Source: Candidatus Bathyarchaeota archaeon (GTDB lineage Archaea > Thermoproteota > Bathyarchaeia > Bathyarchaeales > Bathycorpusculaceae). From it: a DNA stretch of 64,000 nucleotides. Numbering within the stretch: position 1 is the first letter of the stretch; each line of letters starts with the position of its first letter. This document shows positions 1 to 9,804 of the stretch, piece after piece. A program made the translations under genes and the position numbers. The stretch is from NCBI GenBank assembly GCA_963833575.1, contig CAWHXY010000007.1, positions 256,001-320,000 of the forward strand, in the 5' to 3' direction. The notes beneath the pieces are model-generated. The model ran no database searches, was not told the origin of the DNA, and worked only from the letters and a program-made list of their open reading frames with translations.

Positions 1-739
1 ACGAAACAACCGTTAGAGCAGAGGTCAAGGTTTTGTAGAAGAAATCGTAGTGTTTGACATGCCCTAATTCGTGGGCTGCCACTGCCGCTATTTCATCATT
101 GTCAAGTATGTTCAGTAGCCCAATTGAAAAAACAACAGTTGAATTTTCGCCATACCCAATGGTAAAAGCATTTGGTCGTAGGTCCTCGACAACCCCAATT
201 TTTGGGGTTACAATAGATAATTTACTAGATAATTCCACAACTTTGGCTTGAAGCCATTGATGCTCATCTGGAGAAAGAGAAATTACATGCAGGATCTTTC
301 TTGCTACACGATCATCTGCCGCAAGCATACACAAGGCAAAGAAGCCACCCGCTACTAACCCGATTAAGCACAATATTCCTGTCACTGAAATGACAGAAAC
401 TGTCGGGACGGTCGCGACTGAAACAAAAAAACTTGGCGGTGGTATGGGAGGCATTGGGGAATTAATAAAAAACCCACTAATCGCTCCCGAAGTAATTGAT
501 CCTGTTGCGGTCCTCAAAAGCGAACCGTCTGTTTGAATGGATGCTGAAGGGACAAAAACAAGCATAACTATGAAGGAAACAGCCAATGGGACAAGGTACA
601 TCAGACTTCTTGTTCTCTGCCCCAGAAAATTGGTGAACCGTAAAAGGATTTTGATGCAGACAAAAGAAATAACCAGAGATAGTACTGAATAGTAGAAATA
701 AGGCTGAAAAATCTGGTTGAGTATTGTTTCAAAACTCAT
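1..739 (-). CDS. M56/M48-family membrane zinc metalloprotease (BlaR1/HtpX-like), truncated by the window edge
   Basis: Not in the ORF track. Manual translation from ATG 739: MSFETILNQIFQPYFYYSVLSLVISF...PNAFTIGYG...GLLNILDNDEIAAVAAHELGHVKH (HExxH). Overlaps the end of the blaI-like gene. Confidence 0.85.
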   Translation of the reverse strand, partial: MSFETILNQIFQPYFYYSVLSLVISFVCIKILLRFTNFLGQRTRSLMYLVPLAVSFIVMLVFVPSASIQTDGSLLRTATGSITSGAISGFFINSPMPPIPPPSFFVSVATVPTVSVISVTGILCLIGLVAGGFFALCMLAADDRVARKILHVISLSPDEHQWLQAKVVELSSKLSIVTPKIGVVEDLRPNAFTIGYGENSTVVFSIGLLNILDNDEIAAVAAHELGHVKHYDFFYKTLTSALTVVS

Positions 740-1217
740 TCAGGCACTTTCCCAGAATCACTGGTTTTTTCTTTTTTGCCATGCTCTCGTTTAGCTGAAG
801 TTTTATGGCTTTGCGTTCTTCCTCGTTTAAGCAAGTTTCATCTACGAGGCAGTTAGCAACTACTTCGCCAAAATTGTCAATAAGACTGGAAAGAACTTCT
901 CGAACCGCTGATTTCTGGAAACTGTGTTTTTCGAGGGCTGGCCAATAAACGTAGTAGAGTCCGCCTCTTCCCTTCTCTATTTTGCGATCCAGCAGGTGCT
1001 TCTCAAAAAGTCTGTCCATAGTGGACATGACGGTTGTATAAGCTATACTTTTTGTTTTTTTGAGAGCTTCATAGATTTCTCTTACGGTGGTAGGTGTTTT
1101 TTTTGAAGCCCAGATTGCTTCCATGATGTTTGATTCTAGTGGACCTAGGAAGGCTTCCAATGCTTTGCCTTCTATATTGTATTGTGAAACATCTGGTTTC
1201 TTTTTGTCTTCTGCCAT
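729..1217 (-). CDS. BlaI/MecI/CopY family transcriptional repressor
   Basis: LGPLESNIMEAIW...TVREIYEAL...IAYTTVMSTMDRLFEKHLL winged-helix signature; adjacent to the M56-like peptidase. Confidence 0.9.
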   Translation of the reverse strand: MAEDKKKPDVSQYNIEGKALEAFLGPLESNIMEAIWASKKTPTTVREIYEALKKTKSIAYTTVMSTMDRLFEKHLLDRKIEKGRGGLYYVYWPALEKHSFQKSAVREVLSSLIDNFGEVVANCLVDETCLNEEERKAIKLQLNESMAKKKKPVILGKCLNEF

Positions 1218-1232
1218 CGCTTGACAACCGCA

Positions 1233-1251
1233 CTACTATCACCTATAGTAG
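1233..1251. promoter_or_regulatory. Putative BlaI-family operator (7-5-7 inverted repeat)
   Basis: CTACTAT-CACCT-ATAGTAG perfect inverted repeat between a minus-strand TATA-like TTAAAG (1254-1259) and the ATG at 1217. Confidence 0.65.
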
Positions 1252-1286
1252 CTCTTTAACGTTTCGAAACTTCTGGGCACTCAATG

Positions 1287-2522
1287 CTACGATATTTTTT
1301 CAATGGCCACCGAAACGGTTTGCGTTTGTCCACTTCTTACAACCGTGAAACTAGCAGCTTGCCCAGGCAACGTATGTTGCTCCAGATAAGACAGCAAGTC
1401 ATCAGTATTTGTTATTCTAACTCCATTGATTGCAATCACAATATCGCCTCCGATCATAACGTTTGATCCCAGAATCGTGGCTTGTGTTGTACCACCTTTA
1501 AGCCCATTCTGTGCCGATACGCTTTCGACAAGCCAACCATAAGTAACACTGGTCCCCATAGCTTGAGCAATCTGATAATTCATATCTCTTCCCTGCGCAT
1601 TAATTGTTGGATGTTGAGTATACGAGCCCGATGTAGCTAATGAGTTGAGTTCACGCGTTATTGTGTCAGAAGGAATTGCAAAACCTAAACCTTGAGAGTT
1701 GCTAATATCGGCTGTGGTAATACCGACAACTTCGCCCGAGTAATCTAGAAGAGGACCTCCTGAGTTTCCAGGATTGATGGCTGTGCTTGTTTGAATAATA
1801 TCCGGAATTGTTTGGCCAGCATTGCTTGAACTTGATTGTTCAGTTATTGTTCGCCCTAGTGAGCTTATTACTCCAGTTGTTAATGTTCCAGATAAGCCGT
1901 ACGGTGAACCTACGGCAACCACGGGATCACCTACTTGCAGAGTGTCAGAGCTAACAAGTGTCAAAGAAGCTATGCCGCTAGGCATTGGAGTTATGGATAA
2001 GACCGCAAGATCTGCAAGAGGGTCTGAACCTAGCACGTTTGCCGGATATGCGTTGCCGTCAGCAAAAGTAACTGTTTCATTTGTTGCGCCCTGTATCACG
2101 TGGTTATTGGTGACAATTACTTGCTGGCCATTTACGGTTGTAATGAAACCTGACCCTTGTTGTAGAGAGTAACCCGCGATTTGCCCAAAGAAACTGTAAG
2201 CAGGCACAAGGTCTTGGATAATGACCACAGAAGATTTTACGCCTTGATACAATTCAGAAAGCGAAACATTAGAGCCCACCAGAAAAGTTGCGCTCGAGTT
2301 TGAGAAGTTGGTTGGATTTTGAGTGTAACTTTGTAGTTGGTTTTGTAAATTATTGATTTTTCCATCTAAATTTGAGTAAGTCGCCGCGAACCCCACTAAA
2401 CTTCCGGCAATCAAACCCACGAAAACAAGAACGATTAATACAGTTGCTGAAAAACGTTTAGTTTTTTGTGGTGGGGGAAGAGAAGGAAAAATTGGCGGGG
2501 CTGGTGTGGGTGGAGTTTCCAT
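1287..2522 (-). CDS. htrA: HtrA/DegP-like membrane-anchored serine protease with PDZ domain
   Basis: N-terminal TM helix, TNNHVI, DLAVL, AINPGNSGGPL, C-terminal PDZ (GGDIVIAING). Confidence 0.9.
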   Translation of the reverse strand: METPPTPAPPIFPSLPPPQKTKRFSATVLIVLVFVGLIAGSLVGFAATYSNLDGKINNLQNQLQSYTQNPTNFSNSSATFLVGSNVSLSELYQGVKSSVVIIQDLVPAYSFFGQIAGYSLQQGSGFITTVNGQQVIVTNNHVIQGATNETVTFADGNAYPANVLGSDPLADLAVLSITPMPSGIASLTLVSSDTLQVGDPVVAVGSPYGLSGTLTTGVISSLGRTITEQSSSSNAGQTIPDIIQTSTAINPGNSGGPLLDYSGEVVGITTADISNSQGLGFAIPSDTITRELNSLATSGSYTQHPTINAQGRDMNYQIAQAMGTSVTYGWLVESVSAQNGLKGGTTQATILGSNVMIGGDIVIAINGVRITNTDDLLSYLEQHTLPGQAASFTVVRSGQTQTVSVAIEKIS

Positions 2523-2542
2523 AAAAATGGCCTCAATTATTA

Positions 2543-3346
2543 TTAGAAAAGTTCATCAGTCGCATAAATAGCTTTTTTGCAACTGGGACACTTTTCGTCA
2601 TTTGCTTGAATTCTACTTCCGCAATGTGGGCAGGTCTGGCTCTTCTTACTTAAATGGAGACCTGGCATTTCTTTAACTATTTTTCCATCTTTAAGAAGCA
2701 ACATGCGCTCAGTATTTCGTGCGGCTTGACTATCATGTGTGACCATGATTATGGTTGTGCCTTGGGTGAGGTTTAGGTTTGCAAGCAACTTAATGATCCC
2801 TTGCTTATTTTGACTATCCAAGTTTCCCGTAGGTTCATCAGCGAGAATAAAAGCAGGATTGTTCGCCAAAGCGCGAGCTATTGCCACTCTTTGTTGTTCT
2901 CCGGCGCTGAGGCGTTGTGGCCTGTGATTTTCTCGTCCAGAAAGACCAACCATAGCTAAGAGTTCACTTGCTTTTTTCTTTCGTTCACTTTTAGATTTTA
3001 CTCGCCCTTCCATGGGTAACTCGATATTTTCTCTAGCATTTAGGTAGGGTAATAGGTTGAAGGTTTGGAATACGAAACCCATCTTGTCTCGTCTAATTTT
3101 ATAGAGCTGATTTTCAGGTAAGTTAGTAACGTCAACGCCGTCTAGTAGAACTTGACCACTTGTTGGCTTGTCAATGCACCCAATTACATTTAGCAGCGTG
3201 GTTTTGCCTGAGCCTGAAGGACCCATAATTGCCACAAACTCGCCAGCATTAATTGTAAGATTCAGATTTGACAAAGCTGGGACGGCGCTTTTGCCAAGAC
3301 TGTAGGATTTGCTTAGTTTTTCAATCTGTAGGACTGGTTTACTCAT
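2543..3346 (-). CDS. ABC ATP-binding protein (LolD/MacB type) with C-terminal zinc ribbon
   Basis: [34 protein letters not shown]; C-terminal CPHC...CPSC. Confidence 0.9.
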   Translation of the reverse strand: MSKPVLQIEKLSKSYSLGKSAVPALSNLNLTINAGEFVAIMGPSGSGKTTLLNVIGCIDKPTSGQVLLDGVDVTNLPENQLYKIRRDKMGFVFQTFNLLPYLNARENIELPMEGRVKSKSERKKKASELLAMVGLSGRENHRPQRLSAGEQQRVAIARALANNPAFILADEPTGNLDSQNKQGIIKLLANLNLTQGTTIIMVTHDSQAARNTERMLLLKDGKIVKEMPGLHLSKKSQTCPHCGSRIQANDEKCPSCKKAIYATDELF

Positions 3347-4823
3347 ATTTCATCGCCTCTGCGGGTCTTATTTTTGCTGCTCTCCATGCAGGATATAGAC
3401 TGCCTAATGTTCCAAGTAAAACGGCTGCACCGAACAATATCAGAACAAGTTCAGGATTCAATGTCGCTACTGATAAGCCGCTTACTCTCGTAGTGCCTGA
3501 AATAAACCCAGCCGTTCTGCTTCCTATGCCCACGCTTGGAAGTAACAATGATGAAAGAGTAGGAGCTGCCACACTGCCAATTGCAATACCAACTACACCG
3601 GCAATTATACTTAATAAAATGCCTTCAAGCATAAATTGCCCCATTACCGTAGAGTTACTAAAACCGATAGCTTTGAGCGTGCCAATTTCTTTAGTTCGTT
3701 CCTTAACCGTGTAAAGCATTACAAACAACACTATCAAACTTGTTGCTGCGACAACCACAATAATTTCTTCTACAGCCGTTGAATACGTTTGACTATTAGT
3801 TGTTTGAGCAGTAGCAAGTTCAGTATTATAGGTGGTTTGCAGTGTTTGAAGCTGAGTTAAACGTGTTTGATCTGTGGTGACAGTAAGTTCAGGATGCATT
3901 GTACTTAGAGTTGTAGCAACTTGGGAAACGTCACCGCTGTTTTGGGCAAAGACTGCAAGACTAGTTATATACCCAGTATTGTTGGTGATTGCCTGGGCGT
4001 CGGATAGGTTCATGAATAGTGTTTGGGTCTGCGAAACCGATGATGGACTATAGATGCCTACAACAGTAAAGGGTTGATTCAAAATAGTAATAGTGTCACC
4101 TACTCCCGCATTGAAGTATGCTGAGTTATTTTCGCTAAGTAATACTTCCCCACTAGCGCCTGCCTGTAAATTGGTTCCAGAAGTAATGTTTGTCGGCAAG
4201 ACGGGATAATTATCTATAAGGTCAGAAGTCAATGGAATGCCCTCAATAGTGTAATTAACAGCTAGTCGCGTGATGTCTCGAGAATATCCGTTGAAAGATA
4301 CTGTTGTTGTTACATTTTGTCCTTCAGAGGCTTGGAGTATAGGCTCAACAGCTGCAACTCCAGAGATCGTACTGTTGATGTCAGAATATAGACTTTCATT
4401 CATAGGATTAGATTGGCCACCACTAAATGCGCCGCCGCCAAACTGACCACCTACCGTGCCGCCGCCAAACTGACCTGGTTGGAAGCCACCGGTATTGCCA
4501 GATGCGCCGCCGCCAAACTGACCGGCAATATAACCGCTACCACCTGATGTAGTGGAGCCGCCAAAGTTTCGAAAACCGAAACCTGAAAAACTTGGCGCAA
4601 GGCTGCAGTCTATTTGAGTTGCAGTTTGGTTAATTGTAGCGCTAGTTTGATTAATAACATTGCCTAGGTTTGTCGCTGCGGTGCTGGCTGTCTTCTGATT
4701 AGCCAAAACACCTGCTGGAATTGAAACCATAATTGCCATGGAAAAACCTAACGCTATGATTACGAGTAAAGCTCGAATTTTACGACGTGAAATATTTCTT
4801 ATTGCTCTGTTTATTATTCCCAT
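3339..4823 (-). CDS. MacB/FtsX-family ABC permease
   Basis: RNISRRKIRALL N-terminus, [31 protein letters not shown]. Start placed at MGIINR. Confidence 0.9.
   Translation of the reverse strand: MGIINRAIRNISRRKIRALLVIIALGFSMAIMVSIPAGVLANQKTASTAATNLGNVINQTSATINQTATQIDCSLAPSFSGFGFRNFGGSTTSGGSGYIAGQFGGGASGNTGGFQPGQFGGGTVGGQFGGGAFSGGQSNPMNESLYSDINSTISGVAAVEPILQASEGQNVTTTVSFNGYSRDITRLAVNYTIEGIPLTSDLIDNYPVLPTNITSGTNLQAGASGEVLLSENNSAYFNAGVGDTITILNQPFTVVGIYSPSSVSQTQTLFMNLSDAQAITNNTGYITSLAVFAQNSGDVSQVATTLSTMHPELTVTTDQTRLTQLQTLQTTYNTELATAQTTNSQTYSTAVEEIIVVVAATSLIVLFVMLYTVKERTKEIGTLKAIGFSNSTVMGQFMLEGILLSIIAGVVGIAIGSVAAPTLSSLLLPSVGIGSRTAGFISGTTRVSGLSVATLNPELVLILFGAAVLLGTLGSLYPAWRAAKIRPAEAMKYE
4431..4523. 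repeat. Three exact 18-bp intragenic repeats encoding GQFGGG
   Basis: GCCGCCGCCAAACTGACC at 4431-4448, 4458-4475 and 4506-4523. Confidence 0.9.
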
Positions 4824-5164
4824 ATTTTCTCTTCTCACTCATTATTTTGAAAAAGGCAACCAAAAAGAGAATCGACGGGGTTTTTTATTTGGGCAGTTAT
4901 AGGGCTTTGGACTTGTTTTCTAATTCGAATCCTCTTCTTGATTGCCTTTCCCTGAATATCTGCGAAGAGTTATTAAACAATTTTTCAAAATCTCACCCAA
5001 ATCTGACCCCAATCCAAAGTTATCAATAATTTGATAATAATATTAAGGAAATAGAAAATAATCGAAATAGCAAATTATTTTGCGATCGTTAAAAAAAGAG
5101 GTATAGAAAATTTGAATTAATATTTCAATTATTAAAAAACTAATAATTTATTTCTACCAAAAAA

Positions 5165-6145
5165 TTATGGTGGTGGAGGAGGAGGCGGGGGAGGTGGCGG
5201 AGGTTCAAACTGAGAAGTTTTGCGTCGCATCCTAAATAGAACTAGCGCAACAAGTACTACTAAAATGATTACAACTACAATTACAATAGCGTATATCGTC
5301 CCTAAAGACAGTGAACCAGTAGATCCTGTAGGTTGCGTTGATGCTGTTTGGGTATAAGTTGGCGTAGGTGTTACTGTAGGAGTAGGAGTTACTTGAACAG
5401 TTAGCGGCAGATACTGAATCAACAAAGAATAATTTGTTATTGAGCTAGACAATTGCGCTGTGTTATCTATAGGTGTTGCAGTAAACCTAGCAACATTGCC
5501 TGGTGAGAGTGAACTTGATAAATAATCTGTGTAATTTAATCCTACAACTGTATCAGAAGCGTTATAAAATGTCGAAACAACCCAAACTTGCCCGGTAGTC
5601 TGAGTGCCAGTGTTCTGAACTGAGCCCGTCACTGCGTAAGTACCTGTGGTATTATCCAATGCGGCAGAGATTGATCCAGCGGGTATTTGCAAACCTGTAT
5701 ACTGAGTTTGATTTGAATCCGCAACGAAGGCAACTGCAACGCTAACGTTGGTAACTAAGGGTTCCCAGCTATTGTCTTGGGTCACGCTATTTTGAGGAGT
5801 GAAGTCCAAGTAGAAAGGAGCTTTCTGGCCAGGAAGGAGAATAGTTGCGTATGCAGGAGCTTCTGCCGAAGCCAAAGCACCCCCTGTAGCATTATAAGCA
5901 ACGCCTGTAACAATTACCTCACTCAGTGCATTAGAACCTACATCTGTTACTTCACCGACGGCAATCAAGTCGCCAATGTAAGTAGCTGTAGTAGTAGTTG
6001 CAGGAGCAACATACCAGCTGTAAGTAAGAACTTTAGCTTCTGATGTATCCGCTTTCACTTGTGGCGTTGACAACAACGTACATGAAGCTAATATTAAAGT
6101 GAAAAGAACTATCGCAATTAATGCCTTTTTCAAATTATTCCCCAC
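5165..6145 (-). CDS. Exported, membrane-anchored protein with two FxLYD-like Ig domains, PT linker and poly-Pro tail
   Basis: Signal peptide; GEVTDVG...AYNATG...LLPGQKAPF and GSVQNTG...FYNASD...LSPGNVARF repeats; TM helix, RMRRK, then 12 Pro. Confidence 0.7.
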   Translation of the reverse strand: MGNNLKKALIAIVLFTLILASCTLLSTPQVKADTSEAKVLTYSWYVAPATTTTATYIGDLIAVGEVTDVGSNALSEVIVTGVAYNATGGALASAEAPAYATILLPGQKAPFYLDFTPQNSVTQDNSWEPLVTNVSVAVAFVADSNQTQYTGLQIPAGSISAALDNTTGTYAVTGSVQNTGTQTTGQVWVVSTFYNASDTVVGLNYTDYLSSSLSPGNVARFTATPIDNTAQLSSSITNYSLLIQYLPLTVQVTPTPTVTPTPTYTQTASTQPTGSTGSLSLGTIYAIVIVVVIILVVLVALVLFRMRRKTSQFEPPPPPPPPPPPP

Positions 6146-6328
6146 CTGCAGTCCTATAGAAGAACTACTTCTTCAGTGAAGAGTTATTAAACTTTTTTCA
6201 AAATTAAGCCCAAATAATCGTGTTAAACTTTGAATCAATATGATAAGGCAAATTCGTTTTTTATAATGAATGCAAACATTAAAGAAGACTTTAAGTGTAG
6301 AGTCTGGCAAAGTTGGAGTTGCAAAACA

Positions 6329-7012
6329 ATGGAAAGGTCAGCTATTATTTTAGCTAATGAGTCCTCAAACAAGTTCGGGGAAGACAAAGGTTTATTGAAA
6401 CTGGTTAACAAACCCTTAATAGACTATGTCCTAAAGGCGGTCAAAGATGTCGTTCAAGAAGTGATCATTGTCACAAACTCAAAGGAACAGGCAAAGCTAT
6501 ATGCCAAATTGGTCTCGCCTAACGTCAGGTTTGTCACGGATGCGGATGAATCCAAAGGGTTCTTAGGCGCAGCTTTAGCTGGTTTTGAGGCGGCTGAAGG
6601 GAAATATTCGTTGATTTTGCCGTTTGATTCTCCGTTTGTTTCCCCTGATGTTTTGACACTGCTTCTTGACTGTGCTGTAGGTAAGTCAGCGGTTGTTGTT
6701 AGGTCGCCTGATTGTGAGGTTGAAACTTTACATGCTGTTTACAATACTAAGGTGGCTCTGGAAGCCACCAAAGAAACGTTAGCATGCGGTGAGTTTGACT
6801 TGGAAGCAATGGCGGAAAGATTGCGTGGAGTACGATATATGTCAACAATGGTTATTGAGCAGCTGGACCCCGATTTCAAAACGTTCTTCAGGATAATTAC
6901 TCCGTTGGACCTAAAGAAAGCGGTTATTATGTTAAAGCCTAGAACATCAAAGTCAAAAAAAGGTGCTGCGAAAGCTGCCCAGATGCCCATTCGAAGATCT
7001 AAAAAACATTAG
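6329..7012 (+). CDS. MobA-like NTP transferase with degenerate motifs
   Basis: AIILANESSNKFGEDKGLLKLVNKPLIDYV, PFDSPF, ETLHAVY. Start moved to ATG 6329. Confidence 0.75.
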   Translation: MERSAIILANESSNKFGEDKGLLKLVNKPLIDYVLKAVKDVVQEVIIVTNSKEQAKLYAKLVSPNVRFVTDADESKGFLGAALAGFEAAEGKYSLILPFDSPFVSPDVLTLLLDCAVGKSAVVVRSPDCEVETLHAVYNTKVALEATKETLACGEFDLEAMAERLRGVRYMSTMVIEQLDPDFKTFFRIITPLDLKKAVIMLKPRTSKSKKGAAKAAQMPIRRSKKH

Positions 7013-7327
7013 TTAGAACCTGTTGTAGTATTAATGCAATCACATCATTATTTATGGTTAAACACTCAGTAAGTTGCATAAAGCGCATAGGATCCTAAGA
7101 AATCCAAAAGCGTTTGGCAAATCAACGGTTAACTGAAACGCAAACACATAAATCAGGTTCCCCCTCTCTTCCGAAAAACTTTTAGTTTGCGTCAAGTTAA
7201 ATACGAATTTGCCAATTAAAATTTTTGAAAACATCAGTTTTTTAAATTCCTCCATTGAGATTTGCAGCAGAAACGCAACACGTGACTAACGTGACACAAT
7301 CAAATATCGTAACAGAAAATAAGTTCA

Positions 7328-7410
7328 TTTCTTCTTTCAAATTCTATAATAATAAGAATAATTGGCTGAAGGAAGAAGTGTGTATTTTTCCAATTTCTTC
7401 TTCTACTTGT
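7328..7410. repeat. Degenerate copy of the AGAAGAAG hairpin repeat family
   Basis: GAAGAAGTGTGTATTTTTCCAATTTCTTCTTCTACTTG resembles unit 2 at 16413-16450; TTTCTTCTTTCAA (7328-7340) is the reverse complement of TTGAAAGAAGAAA. Confidence 0.45.
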
Positions 7411-7439
7411 TTATCAGAATGATGCAACTAATCAGCAAT

Positions 7440-8453
7440 TTAAAGTGGAGGTTTAGAGGTTTTCTTATCGTTTAACGTTTTTATCCATAGTTTAAACTCA
7501 GGGGATGGCGGAAAGTCATGATAGAGCTGTTTTCGTTTGGATTCAAGAAACAAGTTCTCATTGCCTATGTATTCTGCAGATGTCAGTAAACTGTGACTAA
7601 CTTTTGATGCTCTCTCAAAGACTGAATTCATTTTTTGCTTCCAAGATTCGTCACGCAATGCGTGATGTTCTAAAATGACCAAGGGCACTGCCTCGACAAT
7701 GCGCTCCAAGTTTCTCAAACCCTGATCCAACTGAGCCATTTCAACTCTGAATCCACCAAGGTAAAATGGCGGTCCTCCTAACATAATTGTGGTCGGCGCT
7801 TCCTTCAAAATTAATTCGAGCGTATGATTTGAAATTGGCCCTTGAACATCAGGCGCAAACATGAAATGTTCATCGTTACAAATTACGTTTGCGATTATCA
7901 CCCATCCAAACATCGAATCATCCGAGCCGTGTGCGACAGCTTCAGAAAAGCGCAAAGTAGTTCCACCGAGAATGAATGTTTTTCCGTCTGCAGCTTCCAA
8001 ACTTTTAGCATGTTTGCCGCCTGTTTTTTGGAAAAGCCAAGCACGTTGTCTTTGACTAGCATTTATTTTTTCTTTAGGATTTTTCATTAAAACTGTTTTA
8101 TCCTGATAGATTTGCCGAGCAGTTTCGTTTGCCTCGGTCCAGTTCACCACCCAATCCTCATATGACGGGGTATGATGATCAAAGTGGTAATGGCTAATCG
8201 TTACAATCGATGCCTTGTCCGCAGCTTCCGCTATTTTTTTGCGCAGCTTACTGATGGTTTGAAACTCAATGGGGTGAGGCGGCAAACTGAAACGATACGG
8301 ACAGAGCGATATTCCAGCATCCAGAAGCACCGAAACATCAGGTGTTTCCACTAAAGTGCACATAGAGCGAACACCAAAGCTTTCTGCCGCCAATGGCGTA
8401 ACCTTGATTTTGCTTAATGGGTTATTGATTTTTTCTTTCTCCATATTTAGCAT
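7440..8453 (-). CDS. UPF0282-like metallo-beta-lactamase fold hydrolase
   Basis: PLAAESFGVRSMCTLVET, ISHYHFDHHTP, PDVQGP, LEHHALRD. Confidence 0.8.
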   Translation of the reverse strand: MLNMEKEKINNPLSKIKVTPLAAESFGVRSMCTLVETPDVSVLLDAGISLCPYRFSLPPHPIEFQTISKLRKKIAEAADKASIVTISHYHFDHHTPSYEDWVVNWTEANETARQIYQDKTVLMKNPKEKINASQRQRAWLFQKTGGKHAKSLEAADGKTFILGGTTLRFSEAVAHGSDDSMFGWVIIANVICNDEHFMFAPDVQGPISNHTLELILKEAPTTIMLGGPPFYLGGFRVEMAQLDQGLRNLERIVEAVPLVILEHHALRDESWKQKMNSVFERASKVSHSLLTSAEYIGNENLFLESKRKQLYHDFPPSPEFKLWIKTLNDKKTSKPPL

Positions 8454-8654
8454 TCACGTTAAGTAATCCTTTCTAATTCCTAACTTGATTGAGTGTAAAA
8501 TGGATTCCGCCAATAGATACTCCCTTTTTTCTCTAGGTTCAGTCGTAATTAAGATGACCCAAATAGATCCTGTTAGTTCTCATTTAGACTTCAACATTCA
8601 ACAAAGAGATTAGTAACTTAGGAGAGTAAAAATCGCTTACCAACACATTTTAAT

Positions 8655-9131
8655 ATGTTTACTTGCTCAATTTTTTTAGGTGAAAAAATGGAGAGCATAA
8701 CTCTTTTTATGATACCTGATAATGATGTAAATAAGACTCATAAGAAAATAGCAGTTGAGTTTCTCAGTTTAATTGGTTCGGGAAAACCAAAAGATGGCTT
8801 GCGTTTCTTTGCGCCGGACTGCAAGACTCACAATCCATATGTTCTTGGAGGTATGAACGAATTAGTTGATGCAATGATAGCAGTACAGAAACAAGGCTCA
8901 CAAGGAATCTTAAAAGGGTCTACGGCTGACTTTAAACTCAGTATTAAGCAGGTTCTTGCCGAAGGTAACCTAGTTGCAGTGCATACACAAATCTCCAGTT
9001 CAAAACCTAGCGAAGGAGGACTAAGGCAAGTTCATCTTTTCCGTTTTATGGGAGACAAGATAGTTGAGTATTGGGATATCAGCCAAATGGTATCTGAGAA
9101 CGCGCCTAATGGAGCTGGAGCATTTTCGTAA
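8655..9131 (+). CDS. SnoaL/NTF2-like protein
   Basis: THNPYV...LAEGNLVAVH...HLFRFMGDKIVEYWD. True start probably further downstream. Confidence 0.8.
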   Translation: MFTCSIFLGEKMESITLFMIPDNDVNKTHKKIAVEFLSLIGSGKPKDGLRFFAPDCKTHNPYVLGGMNELVDAMIAVQKQGSQGILKGSTADFKLSIKQVLAEGNLVAVHTQISSSKPSEGGLRQVHLFRFMGDKIVEYWDISQMVSENAPNGAGAFS

Positions 9132-9237
9132 AAAGATCTTTGGCTAAAGTTGCTGTGCCATCACAATCACAAACTGTTAAGTTCAAAGCTTCCCAGCACT
9201 AGAACAAGGATTAACCTATTTTTAGGAAAGATAAGAA

Positions 9238-9804
9238 ATGAGCCAAAAACCTAGTGATACCAAAAACTTGGAAGTTGCAACGCTTGCCGCAGGCTGCTTC
9301 TGGTGCACGGAAGCCGCGTTTAGCATAATCAAAGGAGTTGAAAGAATTGAGCCTGGTTACACGGGCGGCAATGTACCTAATCCCTCTTACGAACAGGTTT
9401 CAACGGGCAAAACGGGACATGCTGAAGCAGCACAGATATTTTTTGACCCCAAACTGATAAGTTACAAAGAAATTTTGGAAATTTACTTTACGATGCATGA
9501 TCCGACTTCATTGAATCGGCAAGGAGCAGACGTTGGAACTCAGTATCGATCGGCGATTTTCTATAATAATCAAGAGCAGAAAACTACCGCTGAAGCTTTG
9601 ATTGAAGAAATTACCAAAGAAGCCATTTTTGACAAACCGATCGTTACCCGCATTGAGCCATTGAAAGTGTTTTATGATGCTGAAACCTACCACAAAGACT
9701 ACTACAAAAAACATCCAAAAGAGCCATATTGCCAGGTTGTAATTGCACCTAAAATTGCTAAATTACAACAAAGGTTTTTTGACAAAATCAAGGTACCTTT
9801 GTGA
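9238..9804 (+). CDS. msrA: Peptide methionine sulfoxide reductase A
   Basis: GCFWCTEA active site, TGHAEA, HDPTSLNRQGADVGTQYRSAIF. Confidence 0.97.
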   Translation: MSQKPSDTKNLEVATLAAGCFWCTEAAFSIIKGVERIEPGYTGGNVPNPSYEQVSTGKTGHAEAAQIFFDPKLISYKEILEIYFTMHDPTSLNRQGADVGTQYRSAIFYNNQEQKTTAEALIEEITKEAIFDKPIVTRIEPLKVFYDAETYHKDYYKKHPKEPYCQVVIAPKIAKLQQRFFDKIKVPL

